Source: Lentisphaerota bacterium (GTDB lineage: Bacteria > Verrucomicrobiota > Kiritimatiellia > UBA8416 > VGWJ01). Taken from it: a stretch of DNA of 64,000 bases. The DNA is taken from NCBI GenBank assembly GCA_016873635.1, contig VGWJ01000006.1, positions 3,102-67,101 on the forward strand. The letters run 5' to 3'. The notes beneath the pieces are model-generated. The model was not told where the DNA came from. It did not search any database and saw only the letters and a list, made by a program, of their open reading frames with translations. Made by a program: the position numbers and the translations under genes. Positions 20,496 to 29,138 of this stretch are shown one piece after another (the first letter of the stretch is position 1; each line of letters starts with the position of its first letter).

Positions 20496-21500
20496 TCAGG
20501 CTCCCGCGCGCGTCGCGGCGGCGGGCGTCAGGCGTTGCGCGGCGCTGTCGATGATTGCGCCGATGAGTTGCACGTAGGGCATGCCTTCCTGCGTGGCGAT
20601 CATGGGCAGATCGGAGTGGGTGGGGTGCAGTCCGGGCAGGGCGTTCATTTCCATGAACGCCGGCTTGCCGCGGCGGTCCAGGCGAATGTCGACGCGGCCG
20701 GCGTCACGGCATTCCAGGGCCCGATAGGCCTTGAGCGCGAGGTCTTCGACGTCCGCCCGCAGCGCGCCGCGCTCCAGGGCCGCGTAGCGCACAACCGTCT
20801 CGCATTTCTCTTTGACGTCGAAGGAGTAGTCCGCGGAGGAGGCGTTGGGAAGCATGCTGATTTCCATGGTGCCGAGCACGCGCGCGTCCGGACCCGTGCC
20901 GAGCACGCCGGTGGTGAACTCCCGCCCGGGCAGGTACTCCTCCACCAGAACGGGCTGGCGCAGCCGCCGCAGCAGGGGCAGGGCCGTGCGCCGCAGATCC
21001 TGCGGGCCGGCCACGCGCGATTGATGGTCGATGCCCTTGCCGGTGCCCTCGGCGACGGGCTTGACGAAAAGGGGGTAGTCCAGGCTTACGGCGTCGAGGT
21101 CTGCGGGCCGGGATACAAGGCAGAAGCGCGGCGTGGGCAGGCCGCAGGCGAGCACGATGCGTTTGGCCACGGCCTTGTCCAGGGTGACGGCGCAGACCAG
21201 CGCGTCGGACATGGCGCAGGGCACGCCGTAGAGGTCGAGCAGGGCCGGGACCTGGGCTTCGCGGCTGCGTCCTTCCATGCCTTCGGCAATGCTGAACACG
21301 AGGTCCCAGCGGTCGCCCCCGACCAGGCGCGCCGCGAGGGCGCGTCCGCGTCCGACGGGATCGACTTCGTGGCCGCAGGCCCGGATGGCATCGGCCAGGG
21401 CGGCGATCGTGCTCTCGGAGTCGAACTCGGCCACGTCCTCCGCCGAGTAGCCCTCCGTGAGGTATTCGCTGCGCAAATCGTAGACCAGGCCGATTTTCAT
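20496..21500 (-). CDS. D-alanine--D-alanine ligase-family ATP-grasp protein (334 aa).
   Basis: MKIGLVYDLRSEY... with Ddl-like motifs (FVKPVAEGTGKGI, EEYLPGREFT, MEMNALPGL). The rest of ORF 20496..22799 upstream of this start is Arg-rich antisense junk. Confidence 0.85.
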   Translation of the reverse strand: MKIGLVYDLRSEYLTEGYSAEDVAEFDSESTIAALADAIRACGHEVDPVGRGRALAARLVGGDRWDLVFSIAEGMEGRSREAQVPALLDLYGVPCAMSDALVCAVTLDKAVAKRIVLACGLPTPRFCLVSRPADLDAVSLDYPLFVKPVAEGTGKGIDHQSRVAGPQDLRRTALPLLRRLRQPVLVEEYLPGREFTTGVLGTGPDARVLGTMEISMLPNASSADYSFDVKEKCETVVRYAALERGALRADVEDLALKAYRALECRDAGRVDIRLDRRGKPAFMEMNALPGLHPTHSDLPMIATQEGMPYVQLIGAIIDSAAQRLTPAAATRAGA

Positions 21501-21544
21501 TGGTTGCGGCGGCTGATTCGCATCGCGGCGCCCGCAAGCCGCCT

Positions 21545-22951
21545 TCAGGCCGTGTGCGGCCACAGCAACTGCTGGCCGGACACGGAGTCGCAGGCGGCCC
21601 GTCGCTGGACGGAACGGCGCCGGTTGCGATTGCTCCGTTGCGACGACCGGCCGCAGGCCAGGGCCCAGACGCCGCTGTTGTCCGCCGGGCCGCCGCCCGC
21701 ATAGAGCGGAAGATCGTTGCAGGGCTCCGGATAGCTGATCATGTCGCCGGCATAGTTGCGCAGCACGGTGTGGGTCGGGCTGGCGGAAATCACGTAGTTC
21801 GGCAGGACCGGGATCTTGCCGCCGCCGTGCGGGGCGTCCACGACGAACGTCGGTATGGCCAGCCCGCTCAGCCGGCCGCGCAGGTATTCCATGATTTCGA
21901 TGCCTTTGGCCACCGGCGTGCGGAAGTGCTCCACGCCCCGCACCAGGTCGCACTGGAACAGGTAGTACGGCCGCACGCGCGCGCGTACCAGGCGCCGGAA
22001 CAGGTCGGCGAGCAGCGGAGCGGAATCGTTGACCCCGCGCAGCAGCACGGTCTGGTTGCCCACGGGAACGCCGGCGTCGGCCAGGCGCGCGCAGGCGGCC
22101 TCGGAAGCGGGCGTGAGTTCCGCGGGGTGATTGAAGTGCGTGTTGACGTACAGCGGATGGTATTTGCGCAGCATCCGGACAAGCTCGTCGGTGATGCGCA
22201 TGGGGAGGACGACGGGAGTGCGCGTTCCGATGCGGATGATGTCCACGGAGGGCGCCTCGCGCACGGCCCGGATGACGCGTTCCAGCGCGTCCGTCGACAT
22301 GGTGAAGGGGTCGCCGCCGGATATGATCACGTCGCGGACTTCCGGATGGACCGAGAGGTATTCCGTGGTCTGCGTCAGGCGCACGCCGGTTATGCACTCT
22401 TCCGTGTGCCCGGCGACGCGCTTGCGCGTGCAGTGCCGGCAGTACGCGGCGCAGGCCGTGGTTGCGATCAGCAGCGCGCGATCGCGGTAGCGGTGCACCA
22501 GCCCCGGGACGGGCATGTCGCCGTCTTCGCCGAGCGGATCGTCCCTCAGGAAAGGCGGATCGACCAGTTCCTTGCCGTCCGGCACGCACATGGCGAACAC
22601 GGGGTCGGTGGCGTCCAGGCGGCGGATAAGCGAGGCATAGTAGGGGGTGATGGCCAGGGGGAACCGGTTGGCCGCGGCCGCCGTGGCAGCCGTGGTCCTC
22701 AGCGAAGGAAAGCGGCGCTTGAGCGCGGCGACGGAACGCACGCGGTGGCGAAGCTGCCACTGCCAGTCGTCCCAAACCGTGACGTCTCCGTCGGCGCAAA
22801 CCGCGGCGTCAGTCCCCGGCAGGGGGGATTGCGCGTTCCGCGGTGTGGCGTCTGACGGCGGAGGTTCCTCATCGGAGTCCCTCCTTTCATCCCGCGCGTT
22901 TGCCAGGGCAACTCCAGCGTCACGGCTGTCTTGCCTCGCACTCTCCTTCAT
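21545..22951 (-). CDS. kamA: Lysine 2,3-aminomutase (KamA/AblA family radical-SAM enzyme).
   Basis: CAAYCRHCTRKR CxxxCxxC motif, the WDDWQWQLRHRV N-terminal signature, and a PLP-binding region. ATG at 22951 is preceded by GGAGAA; the GTG at 22993 is possible. Confidence 0.9.
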   Translation of the reverse strand: MKESARQDSRDAGVALANARDERRDSDEEPPPSDATPRNAQSPLPGTDAAVCADGDVTVWDDWQWQLRHRVRSVAALKRRFPSLRTTAATAAAANRFPLAITPYYASLIRRLDATDPVFAMCVPDGKELVDPPFLRDDPLGEDGDMPVPGLVHRYRDRALLIATTACAAYCRHCTRKRVAGHTEECITGVRLTQTTEYLSVHPEVRDVIISGGDPFTMSTDALERVIRAVREAPSVDIIRIGTRTPVVLPMRITDELVRMLRKYHPLYVNTHFNHPAELTPASEAACARLADAGVPVGNQTVLLRGVNDSAPLLADLFRRLVRARVRPYYLFQCDLVRGVEHFRTPVAKGIEIMEYLRGRLSGLAIPTFVVDAPHGGGKIPVLPNYVISASPTHTVLRNYAGDMISYPEPCNDLPLYAGGGPADNSGVWALACGRSSQRSNRNRRRSVQRRAACDSVSGQQLLWPHTA

Positions 22952-23105
22952 TCTCGATTCTCCCATTGCGGTTTTCAGAATCAGCGGCTGCACTCTATGT
23001 CGCTTCCGTCACTGCCGCAACATATTTCGGCGCGGCAGGATAACGCCGCGACGCCTCGGCGCGGCAGGACTCCTGCGCGCTTCTGCTACTCGCGCGTCAG
23101 AGATC

Positions 23106-23121
23106 TGCAGGGGGCGTGCCA
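23106..23121 (-). promoter_or_regulatory. Sigma54 (-24/-12) promoter TGGCACG-CCCC-CTGCA, oriented toward kamA.
   Basis: Reverse complement of 23106..23121 reads TGGCACGCCCCCTGCA, matching consensus TGGCACG-N4-TTGCW at all positions but one. Lies ~150 bp upstream of the kamA start and immediately downstream of the sigma54 activator gene. Confidence 0.6.
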
Positions 23122-23250
23122 ATCCGCGCGCGGCGGGGCCCATCCTCTGCAACAAACTTGCGCGTAAAAGCTTAGGCGAGAACGGCGCGCGGTCGCCGGA
23201 GGCAGCAGGTTTCTTCGCCGCCGGGAATCGGAAAGGAGATCCGCGCGCAA

Positions 23251-23274
23251 CCGGAAAACGATTTCCTATTCCGG
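23251..23274. promoter_or_regulatory. Candidate enhancer/UAS palindrome CCGGAAAACGATTTCCTATTCCGG (GGAA..TTCC core) ~130 bp upstream of the kamA sigma54 promoter.
   Basis: Inverted repeat seen directly. A similar GGAA-N-TTCC palindrome sits at the equivalent distance from the second sigma54 promoter. Confidence 0.35.
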
Positions 23275-23287
23275 CGTGTCCGGCGGA

Positions 23288-24715
23288 TCATCGCGGAGGG
23301 GCGCGGAAGTCCTCCTTGCGCAGCCCGTAGCGTCTCATCTTGTTGAAGAGCGAGCGCGGCTCCAGTCCCGCGCGCCGGGCGGTTTCGCCTACGCGTCCGC
23401 CGGTGGCGGCGAGCAGCCTGGCAAGGTATGCGCGCTCGAAGCGCTCGACGGCGGTCTCGCGGATCTCCTTCAGCGGCCGTTCGATCCAGTCGTCGGGGAA
23501 GTCCTCGCCGCCGGGCAAGCGCGGCGCGGGCGCGCCTTCACGGCCGCCGGCGATTTCCGCCGGCAGGTCCGCGAGGCCGATCTGGTCTTCCTCGCACAGG
23601 AGCACGGCGCGTTCCAGAACGTTGATCAATTCGCGCACGTTGCCCGGCCAGGCGTATTCGCAGAGGGCGTCCATGGCTTCGGGCGCGATGCGCCTGGCGC
23701 CGCGTCCGATCCGCGCGAAAAGCCCTTCCATGATGGACGACGCCAGCGCGGGAATATCCCCGCTGCGCTCGCGCAGGGGGGGGACCTCGATGGCGACGAC
23801 TCCCAGGCGGTAGTAAAGGTCGCCGCGAAAACGCTTGTGCTCGACTTCTTCGCGGATATCCCGGTGCGTGGCGGCGATGACGCGCACGTCGACGGGTATC
23901 TTTTTTTCGCTGCCCACGGGCGCGACTTCGTAGTCCTGCAGCACGTGCAGCAGCTTGACCTGCAGGTGAAAGGGCATCTCGCCGATCTCGTCCAGGAAGA
24001 GCGTGCCGCCGTGGGCCAGCTCGAAGCATCCGCGCTGGGCGCGCGTGGCTCCGGTAAAAGCCCCTTTCTCGTGTCCGAAGAGCTGGCTTTCCAGGAGGTT
24101 CTCGGGAATGGCGCCGCAGTTCACGGAGATGAAAGGGCCGTCGGAGCGGCGGCCGTCGTTGTGAATGGCGCGCGCCAGCCGCTCCTTGCCCACGCCCGTC
24201 TCGCCGCTGATCAACAGCGGGGTGTCGCTGTCGGCCACGCGCGTCACGGTGCGCATGAAGCGCTGCATGGCGGGGCTGTCCGAAACGAAGTCGCCGAGGC
24301 CGGGGCGCGGCGTGGTGCGCCGTACGGCGACGGTCTTGCTCAGCAGTTCGCGGCGCTTCCTGGTGATCAGGCGGATGGCTTCCCAGATCACGTCGTCGGG
24401 CACGCCCGTGTAGATCGCCGCCTCGGCGCCCGCGGCGCGCAGGATGGCGAGGTCCTCGGCGTCGTCGTCGCCGGAAAGCACGATCAGGTCCGGGGCGTTG
24501 GCGGAGGACGTGAGGCGGCGGACGTTCTCCTCGACGGGTTCGGGAATCACGCGGTCGCAGACAATGAGGACGTCGGACAAAACCTGCCCGACGGTATCCC
24601 ACGCGGCCTCCCTGGCGACCGGAGCGCGCACGAATGCGTCCACGTCGCGCAGCAGGGCCAGCACGCGGGAGCGGAGCTTGATCTGGTCAACCAGCAGCAG
24701 AATGCGAAGCTGCAT
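23288..24715 (-). CDS. Sigma54-dependent Fis-family transcriptional activator (divergent receiver-like N-domain + AAA+ + HTH).
   Basis: GETGVGKE Walker [22 protein letters not shown], and a C-terminal HTH. ATG at 24715 ([11 protein letters not shown]). Confidence 0.9.
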   Translation of the reverse strand: MQLRILLLVDQIKLRSRVLALLRDVDAFVRAPVAREAAWDTVGQVLSDVLIVCDRVIPEPVEENVRRLTSSANAPDLIVLSGDDDAEDLAILRAAGAEAAIYTGVPDDVIWEAIRLITRKRRELLSKTVAVRRTTPRPGLGDFVSDSPAMQRFMRTVTRVADSDTPLLISGETGVGKERLARAIHNDGRRSDGPFISVNCGAIPENLLESQLFGHEKGAFTGATRAQRGCFELAHGGTLFLDEIGEMPFHLQVKLLHVLQDYEVAPVGSEKKIPVDVRVIAATHRDIREEVEHKRFRGDLYYRLGVVAIEVPPLRERSGDIPALASSIMEGLFARIGRGARRIAPEAMDALCEYAWPGNVRELINVLERAVLLCEEDQIGLADLPAEIAGGREGAPAPRLPGGEDFPDDWIERPLKEIRETAVERFERAYLARLLAATGGRVGETARRAGLEPRSLFNKMRRYGLRKEDFRAPPR

Positions 24716-24828
24716 CTGACGGTCCCGGCGTCCTGCGGACGATTCCCTTCGCGGCCGTGGCCGCGAAACGGACAATCACGCGGGTGAATCTATCGGAAGG
24801 CATGCGGGGGTCAATGGGAAAAGCGCGA

Positions 24829-24848
24829 CTCGGAACGCCCTTTCCGAG
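24829..24848. promoter_or_regulatory. Candidate UAS palindrome CTCGGAACGCCCTTTCCGAG. A second perfect palindrome ATGTCGTGCGACAT lies at 24901..24914.
   Basis: Inverted repeats read directly, 55-140 bp upstream of the 24968 sigma54 promoter. Confidence 0.3.
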
Positions 24849-24967
24849 GAAGTCGGAAACGGCGGCTGCGAGGCAAGGCGCGCGCGCGGCGGCGCGGATC
24901 ATGTCGTGCGACATAACAGACGGACAGGCAATACGTTGCATCAAACAGGCGGACTTCGGGCGAAGCT

Positions 24968-24983
24968 TGGCACGGTGCCTGCA
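24968..24983 (+). promoter_or_regulatory. Sigma54 promoter TGGCACG-GTGC-CTGCA, divergent from the activator gene and driving two small ORFs.
   Basis: TTGGCACGGTGCCTGCA has the same architecture as the kamA promoter. First downstream ATG is at 25019, ~36 bp after the -12 element. Confidence 0.6.
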
Positions 24984-25018
24984 CGGATTTCCGGCAGTTC
25001 GTATGTAAGGATGCCGGC

Positions 25019-25186
25019 ATGCCGAGGAAGACGAGCAAGACCGATGAGCCGCTGAAGAAACCGAAGCGGAAGCGCAAGGCGCGCGCGGCGGCGGGAGCGG
25101 CGGACGCCGCCGGGAACCGCTTCAAAGCCGACCAGTTCGAGCAGATGGACGGCGCCGAGTGCACCTGGTTCAAGAAGGCTTGAGCC
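25019..25186 (+). CDS. Small Lys/Arg-rich protein of 55 aa (MPRKTSKTDEPLKKPKRKRKARAAAGAADAAGNRFKADQFEQMDGAECTWFKKA).
   Basis: Below the ORF-track length cutoff. AAGGA sits 8 nt upstream of the ATG, directly downstream of the sigma54 promoter. Confidence 0.35.
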
Positions 25187-25223
25187 CGGTTCGAACGCCC
25201 GGGGTCGTTGCGGGAGGAAGCAG

Positions 25224-25406
25224 ATGCCCAACGGAACAAAGCCGAAGAAGAGGGCCGCGGCGCGGCGGAATGCCGTGCGGAAGCTTGCGCCCGAAGAGCG
25301 CTATCGCAAGATCCAGGAAGAAGCGTACCTGCGCGCCGAACGGGACGGCTTTCAGAAGGATCCCGTCGAGTACTGGCTCGCGGCCGAGTCCGTGTTCAAA
25401 GCCTAG
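25224..25406 (+). CDS. DUF2934-family small protein (EERYRKIQEEAYLRAERDGFQKDPVEYWLAAE).
   Basis: Matches the DUF2934 consensus E.IRERAY.LWE..G.P.G...EDWL.AE. 60 aa. Confidence 0.6.
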   Translation: MPNGTKPKKRAAARRNAVRKLAPEERYRKIQEEAYLRAERDGFQKDPVEYWLAAESVFKA

Positions 25407-26827
25407 CGCGGCTCCAGCCGACGGTAGAGGCCTATCGGAAAGAGCAGGAAACGCATCGGCCACGTGCCCATCAGCAGGTTCATGAGCTGAAGGGAACGCG
25501 CGGCCTTGGGTTCCCTGATGCGGCGCACCAGGGCGATGCATGCGATGCGCATGGGGATATTCAGCAGGAACAGCAGGTGGTAGTTGACCCACCGGTGTCC
25601 CATCGCCTCCAGATCGAACCCCGCCGTAAGCTTCAGAAATCCGCCGCCCGCGACGGCCCCCAGGCCGCCGCAGATGCCGGCAAGGCCGGTGATGGACGCA
25701 ATGAACATGGAACGGTTCCGCTGAGGCGCGATTTTGAGCATGTAGCCGTTGCCGGCGACCAGCAGCCCGGCCTCCCACATGCTGTCGAAGAAAAGCATCG
25801 CGGGGAGGAACCACAGGGCCGTTTCCCGGGTTGTCAATAGAAACGCCGCGATTACGAGCGATTTGAGGCCCATGCAGACGGACAGCACCGGCCGATGGCC
25901 GTGCCGGTCGGCGATCTTTCCCCAGAACGAAGAGACCAGCGCTATGCCCAGGCCGATGACCGACCACACCAGGGTGGCCTGCCACACGCTGAGACCGATG
26001 ACCTTGAGCACGTAGACCTGCATGAAAGACGCCGCGAAGAGCGCCGTCGCCGCCCAGGCGCACGAATAGACGACGAAAGGCCGGTACTCGGCGTGGCGCA
26101 AAGGCGCCAGCATGGTTTCGATGATGGGCCTGCCACGCATGACGACGTTCGGCGGTTCGTCCACCCACACGAACAGGCAGATGTCAAGGATGCCCGCCGC
26201 GCTTGCCACCGTCGCCAGGATGGGAAAAGTGATCGTGATGGGCGCGCGCACGAAGGAAACGTAGGCGGCGACCGCGAGGTACGAAAGCGTCCAGGTCGCG
26301 AAAAGCCATTGCTGGCGGCGGCCCCAGTAGCGGTTGAGCACGCGCCGCGGAATCAGGTCCGCCATCCACGACAGGAACAGGGGCCCGGACATGTTGACAA
26401 GCGCGCCGGAAAGAGCGGCCAGGAGCAGCACGAAGGCCACGCCCCGACTGCCGCGCAGGGAGGCAAAGAGCGCCGGCACGACGGCCATCGGGATGTACAG
26501 GAAACGTCCCGCGATCACGAGCGCCATGAACAACGCCTTGCGGCGCGGGACCACGTTGGTGATCACCGCCCCGAGGAACTGCAGCGCGAGCATGATCATG
26601 GGAATCCCGCCCAGCAGCCCGAACTGCGCGTCGGTCGCGCCGAGCGCTCGCAGGAATGCCACGAACGCGGGGCTGCCCGTGCCGACGACGAAGACCATCG
26701 CCAGGCAGCCGGCCGCGGTGATCAGCCGCAACGAGCGCGCGAGCGGAGAGGTGTGGGGTTTATCTTTCACCGTTTCATGCGCATAATCCGCATTGCCGGC
26801 CTTGAGAAGGCCGGCGGGAAGCGTCAC
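25403..26827 (-). CDS. MFS transporter (12 predicted TM segments).
   Basis: Hydrophobic periodicity throughout. Start uncertain: GTG at 26827, GTG at 26770 or ATG at 26698. Confidence 0.8.
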   Translation of the reverse strand: MTLPAGLLKAGNADYAHETVKDKPHTSPLARSLRLITAAGCLAMVFVVGTGSPAFVAFLRALGATDAQFGLLGGIPMIMLALQFLGAVITNVVPRRKALFMALVIAGRFLYIPMAVVPALFASLRGSRGVAFVLLLAALSGALVNMSGPLFLSWMADLIPRRVLNRYWGRRQQWLFATWTLSYLAVAAYVSFVRAPITITFPILATVASAAGILDICLFVWVDEPPNVVMRGRPIIETMLAPLRHAEYRPFVVYSCAWAATALFAASFMQVYVLKVIGLSVWQATLVWSVIGLGIALVSSFWGKIADRHGHRPVLSVCMGLKSLVIAAFLLTTRETALWFLPAMLFFDSMWEAGLLVAGNGYMLKIAPQRNRSMFIASITGLAGICGGLGAVAGGGFLKLTAGFDLEAMGHRWVNYHLLFLLNIPMRIACIALVRRIREPKAARSLQLMNLLMGTWPMRFLLFPIGLYRRLEPR

Positions 26828-26982
26828 TGTTGCGCCAAGTGCCTCGCGAGGAAAGAATAAAGAGGGGGAACGTCAGAACCACGGAAACCGTTCTTTCCAG
26901 GCTGAATCGTTCGGGCTGAGAGCGCGGTCGCCCCGAATCCGCGCAGGCGGCATGGACGACCGGAAACGGCCCCCTTCATACC

Positions 26983-28200
26983 TTACGACGCGGGCAGCGT
27001 CACGATTCCGAACCAGAAGCTGTCGATGGCCTGCACCACCTTCTCGAACTGCTCGAAGTCCACGGGTTTGGTGACGTAGCAGTTGGCGTTGAGGTTGTAA
27101 GCCCGCAGGATGTCTTCGTCCTGCGTCGAAGTGGTCAGCACGACTACGGGAATACGCTTGAGGTCGGGGTCGGCCTTGATCTCGGCCAGGACCTCGCGTC
27201 CGTCCTTCCTGGGAAGGTTCAGGTCCAGAAGGACCATGTCCGGGCGCGGCGCCTTCGTATAGGGAGGCTCCTTCCGCAGAAAAGCCATGGCCGCGACGCC
27301 GTCCTCGACGACGTGCAGCGTGTTGCACAGCTTGTTCTCCTTGAGAGCGATCCGAACCAGGTCGGCGTCGCCGGCATTGTCCTCAACCAGAAGGATGTCC
27401 GCCACATGCGCGTTTTTCATGTCAGGCCTCCTCTTTCGCCCGGGGCAGGGTGAAGTGGAAGGTTGAACCCTTTCCCGGCTCCGATTCAAGCCATATCTTG
27501 CCGCCATGCCGCTGAGTTCCTCCACGGGCCGTGACAGGCCGGCGGCGACGAAGACGGCAAGCAAGACGCCCGCGGCCAGGACGGCCCCGGCGATCAGCAG
27601 GCTGTCGCGCAGATGCTGTCGCAGCAGTACGACGACGAAATCCACTCCCACGCTTGCGCCCAGGCAGTACTTCCGGCCCCGCGCGTCCGTGCGGGGCACG
27701 AGCACCATCCGTCCGTGGCCCCACTCGTTCCGGAAGGAGCTGTAGGAGATGCGATTCTGGCCGAAGACGGCGTCAAAAGCGGAGGGGTCGCGGTGCGTCT
27801 CCCAGAACCTGGCGTGGTCCTGCCTGGTCACGTCATGGCCGGGCGAGGTGGACGTGGTGAAAACGATCCTGTCGTCAACCCGCATGCAGCTCCACAGGTA
27901 CTGCAGGCCCAACTCCCGGCACCGCCGGTTGTTCTCGGCGACGATCAGGCGGTCGTAATCCTCCGGCGAAATGGAATCCGGCCCGTCGAGCCCGTCGAAG
28001 AACTTCTCGTTCCCGGGCGGCACGTTGCCGGCCAGGACTGCCGCCATGAACAGCCGCCGGTCGATGCCTGCCAGCAGCTCGCGACGCATGGTCCGGCAGC
28101 TGACCGTGACCAGAATCGCCGAGACGACCGTGATCATGAGCGCGGCAGCCGCCGCGTACTGGCTGCGCAGGCTCAGGCGATCCATCAGCTTCCGCAACAT
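26983..28200 (-). CDS. Membrane protein with TM1, a periplasmic Cache-like sensor domain and TM2, fused in-frame to a C-terminal CheY-like receiver domain. No kinase or output domain.
   Basis: ORF is continuous from ATG 28200 ([11 protein letters not shown]..., SD GGAG) to 26983. The receiver portion also has its own ATG at 27420 with a strong SD (AAGAGGAGG), so it may additionally be translated alone. Confidence 0.65.
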   Translation of the reverse strand: MLRKLMDRLSLRSQYAAAAALMITVVSAILVTVSCRTMRRELLAGIDRRLFMAAVLAGNVPPGNEKFFDGLDGPDSISPEDYDRLIVAENNRRCRELGLQYLWSCMRVDDRIVFTTSTSPGHDVTRQDHARFWETHRDPSAFDAVFGQNRISYSSFRNEWGHGRMVLVPRTDARGRKYCLGASVGVDFVVVLLRQHLRDSLLIAGAVLAAGVLLAVFVAAGLSRPVEELSGMAARYGLNRSRERVQPSTSPCPGRKRRPDMKNAHVADILLVEDNAGDADLVRIALKENKLCNTLHVVEDGVAAMAFLRKEPPYTKAPRPDMVLLDLNLPRKDGREVLAEIKADPDLKRIPVVVLTTSTQDEDILRAYNLNANCYVTKPVDFEQFEKVVQAIDSFWFGIVTLPAS

Positions 28201-28232
28201 GGCTTCCGCTCCATGCCCTTTCGCGCTGGGGC

Positions 28233-29138
28233 TCAGTTCATGGCCGGCTGCGCGGGTATCGTGAAATAGAAGCAGGCGCCGCGGCCCGGCTCGGACTCGA
28301 CCCACAGGCGCCCGCCATGACGCTCCACAATCGCCCGGCACAGCGCGAGCCCTGCCCCCAAGCCCGGGTATTCGCGCGCGGTGTGCAGGCGCTGGAAAAC
28401 GGCGAAGATGCGGTCGCGCCGCGCGGGATCAATGCCGATGCCGTTGTCGCTGACGGCGAAAAGGTATTCGCCGTTCCGCTCCGCGGCGCTGACGCGGATG
28501 CGCGGCGGCCGGTCTTTGGCCCTGAACTTGACGGCGTTGTCGAGCAGGCAGGCGAGGAGATCGCCAAGCTGCGCCGGGTCGCCGCTCAAGACCGGCAGGG
28601 GCGACTGCTCGATTTCGCCCCCGGCCGCCTCCAGGACCGGCGCCATGCGGCGCCGCACGGACTCGAGCAGAGCGTTGCAGTCCACGGGAGCCGGCGGCCG
28701 GTCGCAGGCCCACACGCGCGCGATCCGCAGGAGCCCGTCGAGCATAGCCTGGGCTTCGGCGGAGGCGCGCTCAACGTGACCGGCCAGGCGGGACAGTTCG
28801 GAGTCGGAGCCGTTCGCAAGGTGGCGGGCAATCAGTTCCGCGAAGGACCGCGCCTGACGGATGGGCCGCTGCAGATCGTGCGAGACGGCGTACACGAATT
28901 CCTTGAGCCTCGTTCCGGACGGCTCGCTGTCCCTGCCGGGCGGTGGACCTGCGCCGCGCGGCGCGGGCGAAGACGCGCCCGCGCAGGCCGACTTGTCGCT
29001 GGACGTCAACGTTCCTCCTTGGCTTGGCGCCTGCCGCGAGCCCCGGGGCGCACGGGGCCGGAAGTCCGCGTCATTTGTCCTCCAGGACTTCCGCCAGCAC
29101 CCGCTCCAGCTCGGCCATCCGGTACGGCTTGGGCACAA
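28233..29138 (-). CDS. Histidine kinase core (HisKA H-box [14 protein letters not shown] + HATPase_c), no TM or sensor domain. N-terminal boundary uncertain.
   Basis: H, N, G1 and G2 boxes are present. The first ~85 codons are Ser/Pro/Gly/Arg-rich and overlap the 3' end of the upstream hybrid kinase. Confidence 0.7.
   Translation of the reverse strand: MCPSRTGWPSWSGCWRKSWRTNDADFRPRAPRGSRQAPSQGGTLTSSDKSACAGASSPAPRGAGPPPGRDSEPSGTRLKEFVYAVSHDLQRPIRQARSFAELIARHLANGSDSELSRLAGHVERASAEAQAMLDGLLRIARVWACDRPPAPVDCNALLESVRRRMAPVLEAAGGEIEQSPLPVLSGDPAQLGDLLACLLDNAVKFRAKDRPPRIRVSAAERNGEYLFAVSDNGIGIDPARRDRIFAVFQRLHTAREYPGLGAGLALCRAIVERHGGRLWVESEPGRGACFYFTIPAQPAMN

Noticed and set aside
20496-22799. 767-aa ORF
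   Set aside because: Only the C-terminal 334 aa (from MKIGLVYDL) resemble a protein. The upstream part overlaps kamA in another frame and is His/Arg/Pro-rich junk.
26796-26818. Perfect inverted repeat GCCGGCCTTGAGAAGGCCGGC near the MFS start
   Set aside because: It lies inside the most upstream candidate start region of the MFS gene with no U-tract. It may just reflect start-codon ambiguity, so I did not call it as a regulatory feature.
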